Positions 25,723-33,922 of a stretch of DNA of 34,551 bases are shown here, in pieces; position 1 is the first letter of the stretch; each line of letters begins with the position of its first letter. A model generated the notes under the pieces. The model worked only from the letters and a program-made list of their open reading frames with translations, searched no databases and was not told where the DNA came from. The stretch covers positions 1-34,551 of the forward strand of contig CAJGDT010000001.1 in the NCBI GenBank assembly GCA_904502265.1, given 5' to 3'. Made by a program: the position numbers and the translations under genes. This stretch comes from an uncultured Barnesiella sp. GTDB taxonomy: Bacteria > Bacteroidota > Bacteroidia > Bacteroidales > Barnesiellaceae_A.

Positions 25723-27069
25723 TTACAATCTTTCGCGAATGGCTTTGCTCTCAGCCTCGTAACCTGGCTTGTCGAGCAAGGCAAACATGTTGCGCTTATA
25801 GTCCTCAACACCGGGTTGGTTGAAGGGGTTTACGCCCAAGATGTAACCACTGATACCGCAAGCCTTCTCGAAGAAGTAGATGAGTTGGCCCAAGTAACGC
25901 TCGGTGAGGGCGGGAATCTCGATCTTGATGTTGGGCACACCACCATCAACGTGAGCAATTTGTGTACCGAGTTCGGCCATTTGGTTTACCTCATCCACAC
26001 GCTTACCTGCGAGGAAGTTGAGGCCGTCAAGGTTGTCCTTGTCGGCAGGAATTACTACATTGTGGCGCATAGAACCTACCGAGAGAACGGTCTCGAATAT
26101 GGTGCGCTCGCCATCTTGTATCCATTGACCCATTGAGTGCAAGTCGGTAGTAAAGTCAACCGATGCAGGGAATATACCGAGGTGGTCTTTACCCTCACTC
26201 TCGCCATAGAGTTGTTTCCACCACTCAGCGAGGAAGTGCAATTTGGGGTTGAAGTTGGCAAGAATCTCAATCTTCTTACCCGATTGGTACAAGGCGTTGC
26301 GAGTAGCAGCGTAGATGGCAGCGGGATTCTCAGCGAAAGGTACATCCTCGGCACAAGCCTTTTGCATCTCTACTGCACCGGCTACCAAGGCGCGAATGTC
26401 AAATCCGGCGATGGCAATAGGCAACAAACCTACGGGCGAGAGTACCGAGAAGCGACCGCCTACATTGTCCTCGATAACGAAAGTCTTGTAACCCTCGGTA
26501 TCGGCCAACTTGCGCAATGCACCACGGGCAGCGTCTGTAACGGCTACGATGCGTTGGCCGGCCTCCTCTTTACCTACTTGCTTCTCGAGTTGTTCCTTGA
26601 GCAAACGGAAAGCGATGGCAGGCTCGGTAGTAGTACCTGATTTAGAGATAACTACGATGCCAAATTGCTTGTCGGCAAGAAGCTCTTGCAATTCGTAAAG
26701 GTAGTCTTCGCCAATATTTTGACCGGCAAAGAGTACAATAGGAGCGTCGTGCTTGCTGCGGAGGAACTCGAAACTGTTAGAGAGAGCCTCTATAACGGCT
26801 TTAGCACCAAGATAGCTACCGCCAATACCTATTACAACCACAATCTCGCATTTTGATTGCAACTTGCGGGCTGCGTTTTCTACATCTTGCAAGTGTTCAT
26901 CGGTAATCTCGGCGGGAAGGTTCAACCAGCCAAGGAAGTCGTTACCAAGACCTGTTCCTTTATGTAGTTGCTCAATGCCGTTCATGGCTTTGCCTTCCAA
27001 GGCAAATACATCTTCGCGGCTGATAGAGCCAAGAGCTTTGTCAATAATCAAGTTAATCTTTTTTTCCAT
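25723..27069 (-). CDS. pgi: glucose-6-phosphate isomerase
   Basis: 448 aa, short-type PGI ([34 protein letters not shown]). Confidence 0.95.
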   Translation of the reverse strand: MEKKINLIIDKALGSISREDVFALEGKAMNGIEQLHKGTGLGNDFLGWLNLPAEITDEHLQDVENAARKLQSKCEIVVVIGIGGSYLGAKAVIEALSNSFEFLRSKHDAPIVLFAGQNIGEDYLYELQELLADKQFGIVVISKSGTTTEPAIAFRLLKEQLEKQVGKEEAGQRIVAVTDAARGALRKLADTEGYKTFVIEDNVGGRFSVLSPVGLLPIAIAGFDIRALVAGAVEMQKACAEDVPFAENPAAIYAATRNALYQSGKKIEILANFNPKLHFLAEWWKQLYGESEGKDHLGIFPASVDFTTDLHSMGQWIQDGERTIFETVLSVGSMRHNVVIPADKDNLDGLNFLAGKRVDEVNQMAELGTQIAHVDGGVPNIKIEIPALTERYLGQLIYFFEKACGISGYILGVNPFNQPGVEDYKRNMFALLDKPGYEAESKAIRERL

Positions 27070-27109
27070 TTCTTTTTTCCTATTGAATTATATTGTCTAA
27101 TGTAACGTT

Positions 27110-28108
27110 TTATAAGAAAGAGTCGGCCATGTGGGCAATAGCTTTCTTTACCGACACGCGACGGTAGAGAATGTCGTACATGCACTCGAGGATGGGCATC
27201 GATACTTCATATCGCTTATTAACCTCATGCATACACTTTGTGCCATAGTAGCCTTCGGCAATCATATCCATCTCTACTTGAGCTGCTTTAACTGAGTATC
27301 CACGGCCTATCATAGTACCAAAGTTGTGGTTGCGGCTGAAGCGTGAATAGGCAGTAACAAGCAAGTCGCCCAAATAAACCGAGTCGCTCATGTCGCGAAC
27401 GATGTCGGGCGATGCTACTTGCAGGAAGTGTGACATCTCTTTCAATGCGTTCGACACGAGCATGGCTTGGAAGTTATCGCCGAAGCGTGAACCTTGGCAC
27501 ACACCCGATGCTATTGCATATACGTTCTTGAGAACGGCACAATATTCTATACCTATTACATCGCTTGATACAATAGTGCGCAACTTGTTGCATGAGAGAG
27601 CCTTGGCAAAGCAACGAGCACGCTCTATATCCTGACATCCGACAGTGAGGTATGACAAGCGCTCAAGAGCAACCTCCTCGGCGTGGCAAGGACCACCAAT
27701 AACAGCCATATTGCCGTCGTCTACACCATATACTTTCTTGAAGTAGTCTGTGACAATAAGGTTTTCGTCGGGAACGATACCTTTGATAGCAGTAACAAGA
27801 AACTTGTCTTTGATATCGGCGGTAAGTTTCTCAAGGTGCGACTTGAGATAGGGCGAAGGAGTTGCAAACACGAGTGTGTCGGCCTCATTAGCCACCTGGT
27901 TGATGTCTGAGCAAAAGTCGATACGACTCGGATCAAAAGCTACATCTGATAAGTATGCAGGGTTGTGACCATCGCGAATGAAATCGGCGATGCGGTCATC
28001 ACGGCGCATATACCACAATATTCTTTGCTCGTTGTTGAGTATCAACTTAGCCAATGCAGTAGCCCAGCTACCACCACCCATGATGGCTATTTTACCGGTT
28101 GATTGCAT
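27110..28108 (-). CDS. gpsA: NAD(P)H-dependent glycerol-3-phosphate dehydrogenase
   Basis: The start is trimmed to MQSTGKIAIMGGGSWATALA (Rossmann GxGxxA/G), which avoids overlap with lysS. Length is 332 aa. Confidence 0.92.
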   Translation of the reverse strand: MQSTGKIAIMGGGSWATALAKLILNNEQRILWYMRRDDRIADFIRDGHNPAYLSDVAFDPSRIDFCSDINQVANEADTLVFATPSPYLKSHLEKLTADIKDKFLVTAIKGIVPDENLIVTDYFKKVYGVDDGNMAVIGGPCHAEEVALERLSYLTVGCQDIERARCFAKALSCNKLRTIVSSDVIGIEYCAVLKNVYAIASGVCQGSRFGDNFQAMLVSNALKEMSHFLQVASPDIVRDMSDSVYLGDLLVTAYSRFSRNHNFGTMIGRGYSVKAAQVEMDMIAEGYYGTKCMHEVNKRYEVSMPILECMYDILYRRVSVKKAIAHMADSFL

Positions 28109-28113
28109 AATCT

Positions 28114-29844
28114 TTATTTTTGTATTTGAGCAATCCACTCTGTCACGTTATCGACAGTGGGGTTGGTCAAATTGAGTTTGTATTTTTTATTTACACCACA
28201 TATTTCTTGGTGCAATTTGGCAGGATTTACCTCGGCCATATCGGCTACTGTAAGATAGCCGGCCTTTTGTATAGGAGCTACCCATTCGGCAGGTACACCA
28301 ATGGCAGTATATGCTGCTTCGTTGTCGCGCTTTTGAGTCTTTTCGGGGCGCATTTGGGGGAAGAGCAATACCTCTTGGATAGTAGATTGGTTAGTCATAA
28401 ACATAACCAAGCGGTCGATACCGATACCGATACCGGCTGTGGGAGGCATACCATATTCGAGGGCACGCAAAAAGTCTTGGTCGATAAACATCGCTTCGTC
28501 GTCGCCTTTCTCCGAGAGGCTTAACTGATACATGAAACGCTCGCGTTGGTCGACGGGGTCGTTCAACTCAGAGTAGGCATTGGCCAACTCTTTACCATTT
28601 ACCATCAGCTCGAAACGCTCAGTCAAGTTGGGATTGTCGCGGTGACGCTTGGTAAGGGGCGACATTTCGATGGGGTAGTCGGTAATGAAGGTGGGTTGTA
28701 TATAGTTGCCTTCGCATTTCTCGCCGAATATCTCGTCGATGAGTTTGCCTTTACCCATGGTCTCGTCGGTCTCGATATCCAACTGACGGCACACTTCGCG
28801 CAATTCTTCTTCGCCCATGCCGGTAATGTCGATGCCGGTATGTTCTTGGATGGCTTCAATCATAGTTACGCGACGGTATGGGGCCTTGAAGCTTACTTTG
28901 TTTTCACCAATCATTACCTCGGTTGTACCGTTTACGGCTATACATATCTTCTCGAGCAATTCCTCGGTGAAGCTCATGAGCCAATTGTAGTCTTTGTACG
29001 AAACGTACAACTCCATACAAGTGAACTCGGGGTTGTGTGTGCGGTCCATACCCTCATTGCGGAAGTTGCGCGAGAATTCGTAAACACCCTCAAATCCACC
29101 TACGATGAGGCGTTTGAGATACAACTCGTTGGCAATACGCAAGTATAGGGGGATGTCGAGTGCATTGTGGTGAGTGATGAAAGGACGTGCTGCAGCACCA
29201 CCGGGGATGGCTTGCAACACGGGAGTATCTACCTCAACATAACCGTGTGCATTCATAAAGTCGCGCATAGTGTTGAATACGGTAGCACGCTTCAAGAAGA
29301 TGTCTTTAACACCCTCGTTTACTACCAAGTCGACATAGCGTTGACGATAGCGCAACTCGGGGTCGGTGAATGCATCGTATACCACGCCGTCTTTCATCTT
29401 GACAACGGGCAGGGGACGCAACGACTTAGATAATACAGTGAGCTCTTGTGCGTGGATGGTGATTTCACCCATTTGTGTGCGGAAAACAAAGCCCTTGATA
29501 CCAACAAAGTCACCGATATCCAAGAGTTTCTTGAATACAGTGTTGTATAGTTCTTTATCTTCACCGGGACAAAGGTCATCGCGTGAGATGTATACTTGGA
29601 TGCGACCTTTAGAGTCTTTGAGCTCCATAAATGAGGCTTTACCCATGATACGGCGGCTCATGATACGACCGGCTACCGATACTTGTCGGGGCTCGGCTTC
29701 GTCGCTGAAGTTCTCTTTAATTTCGGTAGTATATGCGTTTACCGGATATTCGGCTGCGGGATAAGGCTCTATGCCTATACGACGCAACTCTTCCATACTG
29801 TTGCGACGTATGATTTCCTGTTCGCTTAATTCTAAAATGTTCAT
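28114..29844 (-). CDS. lysS: lysine--tRNA ligase (class II) with Bacteroidales-type C-terminal extension
   Basis: The start is trimmed to [14 protein letters not shown], giving 576 aa. It has an OB-fold N-domain and class II motifs ([16 protein letters not shown]). Confidence 0.95.
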   Translation of the reverse strand: MNILELSEQEIIRRNSMEELRRIGIEPYPAAEYPVNAYTTEIKENFSDEAEPRQVSVAGRIMSRRIMGKASFMELKDSKGRIQVYISRDDLCPGEDKELYNTVFKKLLDIGDFVGIKGFVFRTQMGEITIHAQELTVLSKSLRPLPVVKMKDGVVYDAFTDPELRYRQRYVDLVVNEGVKDIFLKRATVFNTMRDFMNAHGYVEVDTPVLQAIPGGAAARPFITHHNALDIPLYLRIANELYLKRLIVGGFEGVYEFSRNFRNEGMDRTHNPEFTCMELYVSYKDYNWLMSFTEELLEKICIAVNGTTEVMIGENKVSFKAPYRRVTMIEAIQEHTGIDITGMGEEELREVCRQLDIETDETMGKGKLIDEIFGEKCEGNYIQPTFITDYPIEMSPLTKRHRDNPNLTERFELMVNGKELANAYSELNDPVDQRERFMYQLSLSEKGDDEAMFIDQDFLRALEYGMPPTAGIGIGIDRLVMFMTNQSTIQEVLLFPQMRPEKTQKRDNEAAYTAIGVPAEWVAPIQKAGYLTVADMAEVNPAKLHQEICGVNKKYKLNLTNPTVDNVTEWIAQIQK

Positions 29845-29871
29845 GCTTCTTAAGTTATATACTATTCGTTG

Positions 29872-29879
29872 CAAATATA
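29872..29879 (-). promoter_or_regulatory. Bacteroidota -7 promoter box TATATTTG upstream of lysS
   Basis: The reverse complement of caaatata lies 28 nt upstream of the ATG at 29844. Confidence 0.5.
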
Positions 29880-30025
29880 ATAAATAATATACTTATCTCC
29901 TATTTTTTGCGATTCTATTTAGTATTGTAAGTAGTGCAATGGTTTGTGCAACGCAGTGCAACAAATCGTAAAACTCTTGCCATTGAATGATGCTATAGTT
30001 GTATAGTTGTGATAGATGCGTGGTT

Positions 30026-30037
30026 GCAAACGTTTGC
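30026..30037. promoter_or_regulatory. perfect 12-bp palindrome GCAAACGTTTGC (LacI/PurR-type operator-like)
   Basis: Self-complementary. It matches the core of the classical PurR-box/LacI-family half-site arrangement and lies between the lysS promoter and the candidate sRNA promoter. Confidence 0.4.
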
Positions 30038-30092
30038 GTGTACAATTTGCAGAAAAATTACTTTTCTTGTTGCGAGGTTTCGTGTGAGGCAG

Positions 30093-30100
30093 TACCTTTG
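30093..30100 (+). promoter_or_regulatory. Bacteroidota -7 promoter box TACCTTTG with no downstream ORF
   Basis: Exact TAnnTTTG, with a TTG about 25 nt upstream. The next 340 nt hold no ORF of 60 aa or more and end in a strong terminator. Confidence 0.5.
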
Positions 30101-30162
30101 CACCGTGAATGACAGATAAATGTTTTCACACTCTGCATTTGTAATGTAGACCCCATACTAAT

Positions 30163-30292
30163 AGGTTAAGGTAAAGATTGGTTTTATTATCAAATTTAGG
30201 TTTAGAATAGGTTTTTTAAGGTTATAGATTGTTTAAAGTTAGATTTGATTGTTTGTTAGGTTTTTCATAAGGTTAAGGAATTAAGAAGATTG
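30163..30292 (+). repeat. short-motif array: 6x AGGTT and 3x AGATTG
   Basis: AGGTT occurs at 30163, 30198, 30209, 30219, 30258 and 30270. AGATTG occurs at 30175, 30226 and 30287. The composite AAGGT(T)A-n-AGATTG recurs at 30168-30180, 30218-30231 and 30269-30292. Confidence 0.7.
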
Positions 30293-30405
30293 TTAGTGAA
30301 CCGTGGTGCTGTCGTGAGATAGGGAAGCCACAAAGCCTTGAAAAAGGCGGGTTACAAGATTTGTGACCCACGGAGTGAGCAGGAAACTGCCTCCGAAAGA
30401 ATACG

Positions 30406-30445
30406 CAAAGGAGAATATCGGTGATATTCTCCTTTGTTGCTTTTA
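30406..30445 (+). terminator. rho-independent terminator of the candidate sRNA
   Basis: caaaggagaatatc-ggt-gatattctcctttg forms a 14-bp perfect stem followed by ttgctttta. Confidence 0.75.
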
Positions 30446-30515
30446 TAGGGTTAGTTGTTGTGATCTGAGTTATCTTGCGCTTTGATTCTGGTGCGCAACA
30501 TACTGCAGCACTTAT

Positions 30516-30908
30516 TTATCTCATCTTTTCGAGAATTTTGCGTAGATAATCTTGTCCTATCGATAACTGCGTGCGCATGTAGTCAAGTTGGCTGATGAGC
30601 AAGTTGATTTTCTCTTCTTGTTTCTTAATAGTGTTTTCTTGATCTTTGAGTGTGTTTAGTAACTCTTCCAAGTTATTCGACTTCTCTTCAAGTATCATTT
30701 CACCTTCGCCAAGTATAAACCATGTGGGGTTAAGCTCAGGGTATGTGCGCAGTATCTTAACAATACTATCATAAGAAAGACCTTTGCCCGAGCGTCTTTG
30801 TTTGCCAAGTGTACCTACGGCAATTTTTGCCTGTACAGTTATGCGGTTGTCGTTTAATCCTTTGCATTGCATAAATGCATCCAGACGGGTAAATAATGTG
30901 CTCTCCAT
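30516..30908 (-). CDS. phage CI-repressor-type HTH protein with C-terminal coiled-coil
   Basis: 130 aa. The N-terminal part, F..RLDAFMQCKGLNDNRI...IAVGTLGKQRR...LSYDSIVKILRTYPELNPTWFILGEGEM, resembles the Phage_CI_repr HTH domain ending in the L.G.GEM motif. The C-terminal part is a heptad-rich helix (LEELLNTLKDQENTIKKQEEKINLLISQL). Confidence 0.7.
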   Translation of the reverse strand: MESTLFTRLDAFMQCKGLNDNRITVQAKIAVGTLGKQRRSGKGLSYDSIVKILRTYPELNPTWFILGEGEMILEEKSNNLEELLNTLKDQENTIKKQEEKINLLISQLDYMRTQLSIGQDYLRKILEKMR

Positions 30909-31035
30909 GTTTTTTCAGTGTAAGGTATATGCCTTTTAGGGCGATGTTTCTATGTGAAAAGTAGATTTATCGGTGTAAAGTTAATATTTTTTTTGAATAA
31001 TGATGCGAATGTATATACATATTTCATACTTGGAG

Positions 31036-31074
31036 CAAAAAAAAAGTTCGAGGAGTATGAATTCCTCGAACTTT
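31036..31074 (-). terminator. rho-independent terminator after the GH13 gene
   Basis: aaagttcgagga (31043-31054) pairs with tcctcgaacttt (31063-31074). The minus strand is followed by a 9-T run. Confidence 0.8.
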
Positions 31075-31100
31075 GGCAATTAAATATAGAAATATGTCAA

Positions 31101-33839
31101 TTATTTTTTCACAAACTTCATGCTTTGGCTGTTGTCACCATCTTGGATGTTGAGGATGTACATGCCGGTAGGAAGGTCGCGTACTTCGACACAATTTCCT
31201 TGTGCTTGCTTAACTACTGCACCCGATAGGTTGATTACCGAGAGTGTACCTTGAGCATTGGTGTACACATAGTCGCATGCGGGGTTGGGATATATGGTGT
31301 ACTCAAACTTGTCGTTCTCGACATTATCAACACCTGTTACCTCGAAGTTGGTGTAGATAAAACAGCTGTTGGCAGGTACCGATTGGGTGTAGTTGGCACT
31401 GCTTACTTGGATTGTTTCGTCAGTAAGCAAGTTGGTCCAAGTACCTACTTTGGGGAAGTTGATGGTGTAGTTACCGTCTTTCTCGGTGAGGTTTATGGCT
31501 ACTACCACACTCTTAGTGCCATCGGCGCTGGTGAGTGTTACGAAACGGCCGTTGTACCAGTCGCCTCTGCTCAACTTGTAGCTCAATGAGGCATTGGGTG
31601 TAAACAACTCGGCGTGGTAGTTGCGCAAGGTGTTCAACTTGGCGTAGGCCATCCACAAGCGGTGACGCTCGGGGTCTTGGGCATATTCCCATTTCACGGG
31701 TTTTTCGGCAGTGCGGTCGCCGTTGTAGTTGATACTGTAGTCATAGCCAAGCTCACCAAATTGCCATATCATCTTAGGACCGGGGATGGTGAGGAATTGA
31801 GCTGCATTGGCAATGGCTTGGTCCATGCGAGCAGCGAGGTCGTTTTTCACATCCAAGTGGCCATAGGTTACGGCCTTGTATGTTGTGCGCTCCTCGTCGT
31901 GGCTCTCCATGTAACCCACCAAACTATTTTTAGGCATGCTGCTACCGTTGGCATATACGCCTGTTACGTCGCATACATAACCCATAGCTCCTTCGCAGTA
32001 CTCGTGGTTCATGTTGCGCCATAGCATCATACCGGCCTCGGCCAATGCTTTTTCTTCACCACCGTCGCAGAAGTGCTCAAGAATCATGCAAGCGTTGGGG
32101 TTTACCTCTTTGATTGCATTGTAGTATGTCTTGAGGATGTCGATACGTGATTGGTCGTAGTTTGAGGCGGTGTTGTCGTTGCAAGGACGATTGGTGAAGC
32201 CCTTGGTAAGGTCAAAGCGGAAACCGTCAATCTTGTACTCGGTGAGGAGGTATTGGAGGTTGCGCTTGATATACTCTTTCACACCACTTACTGTGTGGTT
32301 GAAGTCGTGGAACACGCTGAAGGGGTGAGGAGCATCTACGTTGAACCAGGGGTTGTTCGATGCAGTTTTGTTGTTCTTGGCATCCCACCACAACTTACAG
32401 TAGGGGAAGTTACCTGTAGCGTGGTTGTACACTACGTCGAAGAATACGGCGATACCCAACTTGTGACACTCGTCGATAAACTTGCGGTAGTCATCGTCGG
32501 TACCGTAGGCCTTATCCAATGCAAAGAAATATGCAGGGTTGTAACCCCAACTGAGGTTGCCGTCGAACTCTTGTACGGGCATCAACTCGATGGCATTTAC
32601 ACCAAGGCTTTGCAAGTAGGGGAGTTTCTCCATTGCAGCTTTGAGTGATTTTTCGGCTGTAAAGTCGCGGAGAAGCAACTCGTAGATAACCAAGTTGTCG
32701 CGGTTCTTGACAGTAAAGTCGGTTACTTCCCATTGATAGTCCGATCCGGTAGTCTTGAATACGGTAGCGGGTTGTTCCCAAGCCTCTTCGGGGAATTCGC
32801 GTAAGCCGGGATATATGCTCTCGTCAATCCATTTGTCATTCCAGGGGTCGAGGATTTTGGTTGAGTAAGGGTCGGCAAAGCGAATAGCATCGCCATTTTG
32901 AGGTATTACGTGATATTGGAAGGCGTATTCTACACCGGGCTCAAGGCCATCGATTGTAATCCACCAGCACTTGTTGGTATTGTCGCGCTTCATCATGAAG
33001 TCGTTGCTCAACTGCCAGTTGCTATTATCGCCCACCCAGAAGATGTATTGGCTGTATTTTCCTTGTTTATCGCTATCGAAGAATACAAATGTTACTGTAT
33101 TTTCATCGATGATGTTGATACCCTCCTTTGTGCCGGCAGGGCGAGTTTCCTCTACTACAGGTCCGCATACAGTAAGGCGAGCGCTCACTTCGTGCGACTC
33201 TTCGCCTATGGTAGCTTTCGCAGTGAATATGTAATCGCCTTTTGTGGCAAAGTTAATATTTTGTGTGAGCTTATTTGTAGCGTTGGCTTTGTACTCTTGT
33301 GTACCATTGGGACCGGTCACTGTCAGTACCAAGTCGGCATCTTTAGTTGCTGTTGCCGAGATGTCTATGCTTGAACCTTCAGTGGCAATACCCGATGCGG
33401 GAATACCTTCGATTGTGGCATATAGTGCGCCATCCTCGCAAGGTATCATGATGTCGGGGCGTGTTTGTTTCGAGCCATCGGCATTACGTATTACCACACC
33501 GATGGTGTTTATCTCAATGTCGGCTTTGAAATATTCGCGGATAGTGGGGCCGAGAGTTATTGACCAAGTGTTGTCGCTCTCTTTTACCATTTTGTATTTG
33601 GCGTCGTTGTCACACCATTGTTTGGGTCCATTGTGCCATGTTTTTGTTGCGTCAACTACACCAATGTGTACGTAAAGTTCGTCGCTTGCACCGAAAATCT
33701 TGTTTGTGTCAATCCAAGTTATTTTGCCCTCTTTGTCGGCATTCAGCGGACTGGGGTTGGTCATGTATGTACCTGTTTGTGCCCATGCAGCTACAGTAGT
33801 GAGTAGTGTTGCGATAAAAAGAAAAAATCTCTTTTGCAT
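31101..33839 (-). CDS. GH13 alpha-amylase family glycoside hydrolase with N-terminal accessory domains and T9SS C-terminal sorting domain
   Basis: 912 aa with a signal peptide and GH13 conserved regions (FDVVYNH, DGFRFDLTKG, EHF, YMESHDE). The C-terminus YTIYPNP...LPTGMYILNIQDGDNSQSMKFVKK is a typical type A T9SS CTD. Confidence 0.9.
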   Translation of the reverse strand: MQKRFFLFIATLLTTVAAWAQTGTYMTNPSPLNADKEGKITWIDTNKIFGASDELYVHIGVVDATKTWHNGPKQWCDNDAKYKMVKESDNTWSITLGPTIREYFKADIEINTIGVVIRNADGSKQTRPDIMIPCEDGALYATIEGIPASGIATEGSSIDISATATKDADLVLTVTGPNGTQEYKANATNKLTQNINFATKGDYIFTAKATIGEESHEVSARLTVCGPVVEETRPAGTKEGINIIDENTVTFVFFDSDKQGKYSQYIFWVGDNSNWQLSNDFMMKRDNTNKCWWITIDGLEPGVEYAFQYHVIPQNGDAIRFADPYSTKILDPWNDKWIDESIYPGLREFPEEAWEQPATVFKTTGSDYQWEVTDFTVKNRDNLVIYELLLRDFTAEKSLKAAMEKLPYLQSLGVNAIELMPVQEFDGNLSWGYNPAYFFALDKAYGTDDDYRKFIDECHKLGIAVFFDVVYNHATGNFPYCKLWWDAKNNKTASNNPWFNVDAPHPFSVFHDFNHTVSGVKEYIKRNLQYLLTEYKIDGFRFDLTKGFTNRPCNDNTASNYDQSRIDILKTYYNAIKEVNPNACMILEHFCDGGEEKALAEAGMMLWRNMNHEYCEGAMGYVCDVTGVYANGSSMPKNSLVGYMESHDEERTTYKAVTYGHLDVKNDLAARMDQAIANAAQFLTIPGPKMIWQFGELGYDYSINYNGDRTAEKPVKWEYAQDPERHRLWMAYAKLNTLRNYHAELFTPNASLSYKLSRGDWYNGRFVTLTSADGTKSVVVAINLTEKDGNYTINFPKVGTWTNLLTDETIQVSSANYTQSVPANSCFIYTNFEVTGVDNVENDKFEYTIYPNPACDYVYTNAQGTLSVINLSGAVVKQAQGNCVEVRDLPTGMYILNIQDGDNSQSMKFVKK

Positions 33840-33860
33840 TGTACTTGTTTTTTATGTGAT

Positions 33861-33907
33861 TAAAAACAGACAAGGTGGCACACCGTGTTGGGTGTGCCAG
33901 CCTTGTC
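33861..33907 (-). terminator. rho-independent terminator after the SusE/F-like gene
   Basis: gacaaggtggcacacc pairs with ggtgtgccagccttgtc in a 16-bp stem with a 1-nt bulge. The minus strand is followed by TGTTTTT. Confidence 0.75.
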
Positions 33908-33922
33908 AATATACTATAACTC

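Larger units (their letters stand above)
30106..30445 (+). ncRNA. candidate ~340-nt structured small RNA, unclassified
   Basis: Bracketed by the -7 box (30093-30100) and a 14-bp perfect terminator hairpin. The 5' half is AU-rich with reiterated AGGTT/AGATTG motifs. The 3' half has hairpins gcctt-GAAA-aaggc, gggttacaa-gat-ttgtgaccc and cggag..gcag-GAAA-ctgc..ctccg. Confidence 0.45.

Noticed and set aside
28109-28138. Longer gpsA start ([11 protein letters not shown]...); the same issue applies to the longer lysS start at 29845-29874
   Set aside because: The longer gpsA start overlaps the lysS stop by 25 nt and precedes the Rossmann motif unnaturally. The longer lysS start adds 10 residues ([10 protein letters not shown]) ahead of the family-typical [11 protein letters not shown]-terminus. 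The internal ATGs were chosen for both.
24643-29148. Several plus-strand ORFs (61-200 aa) inside mrp, pgi, gpsA and lysS
   Set aside because: Antisense shadows of well-supported minus-strand housekeeping genes.
30150-30300. Possible CRISPR array or tandem repeat
   Set aside because: The repeated units are only 5-6 nt (at most ~14 nt composite), imperfect and irregularly spaced. There is no 24-48-nt repeat/spacer periodicity and there are no cas genes.
30296-30400. Possible SRP (4.5S) RNA, tmRNA, RNase P or 6S RNA
   Set aside because: GGTGCTGT and GGGAAGCC faintly recall SRP helix 8, but the conserved GGAA-tetraloop/AGCAGCC arrangement cannot be folded. There is no tRNA-like end or tag ORF (tmRNA), no GAGGAAAGTCCGGGC-type core (RNase P), and no obvious 6S central bubble. 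This needs a covariance-model scan to settle.
30954-31229. 91-aa plus-strand ORF
   Set aside because: It spans the GH13 terminator and overlaps the GH13 3' end antisense. It is AT-rich and low-complexity, with no promoter box.
31251-33806. Plus-strand ORFs of 62-158 aa
   Set aside because: Antisense to the GH13 gene. They are Val/Gly-rich shadow translations.
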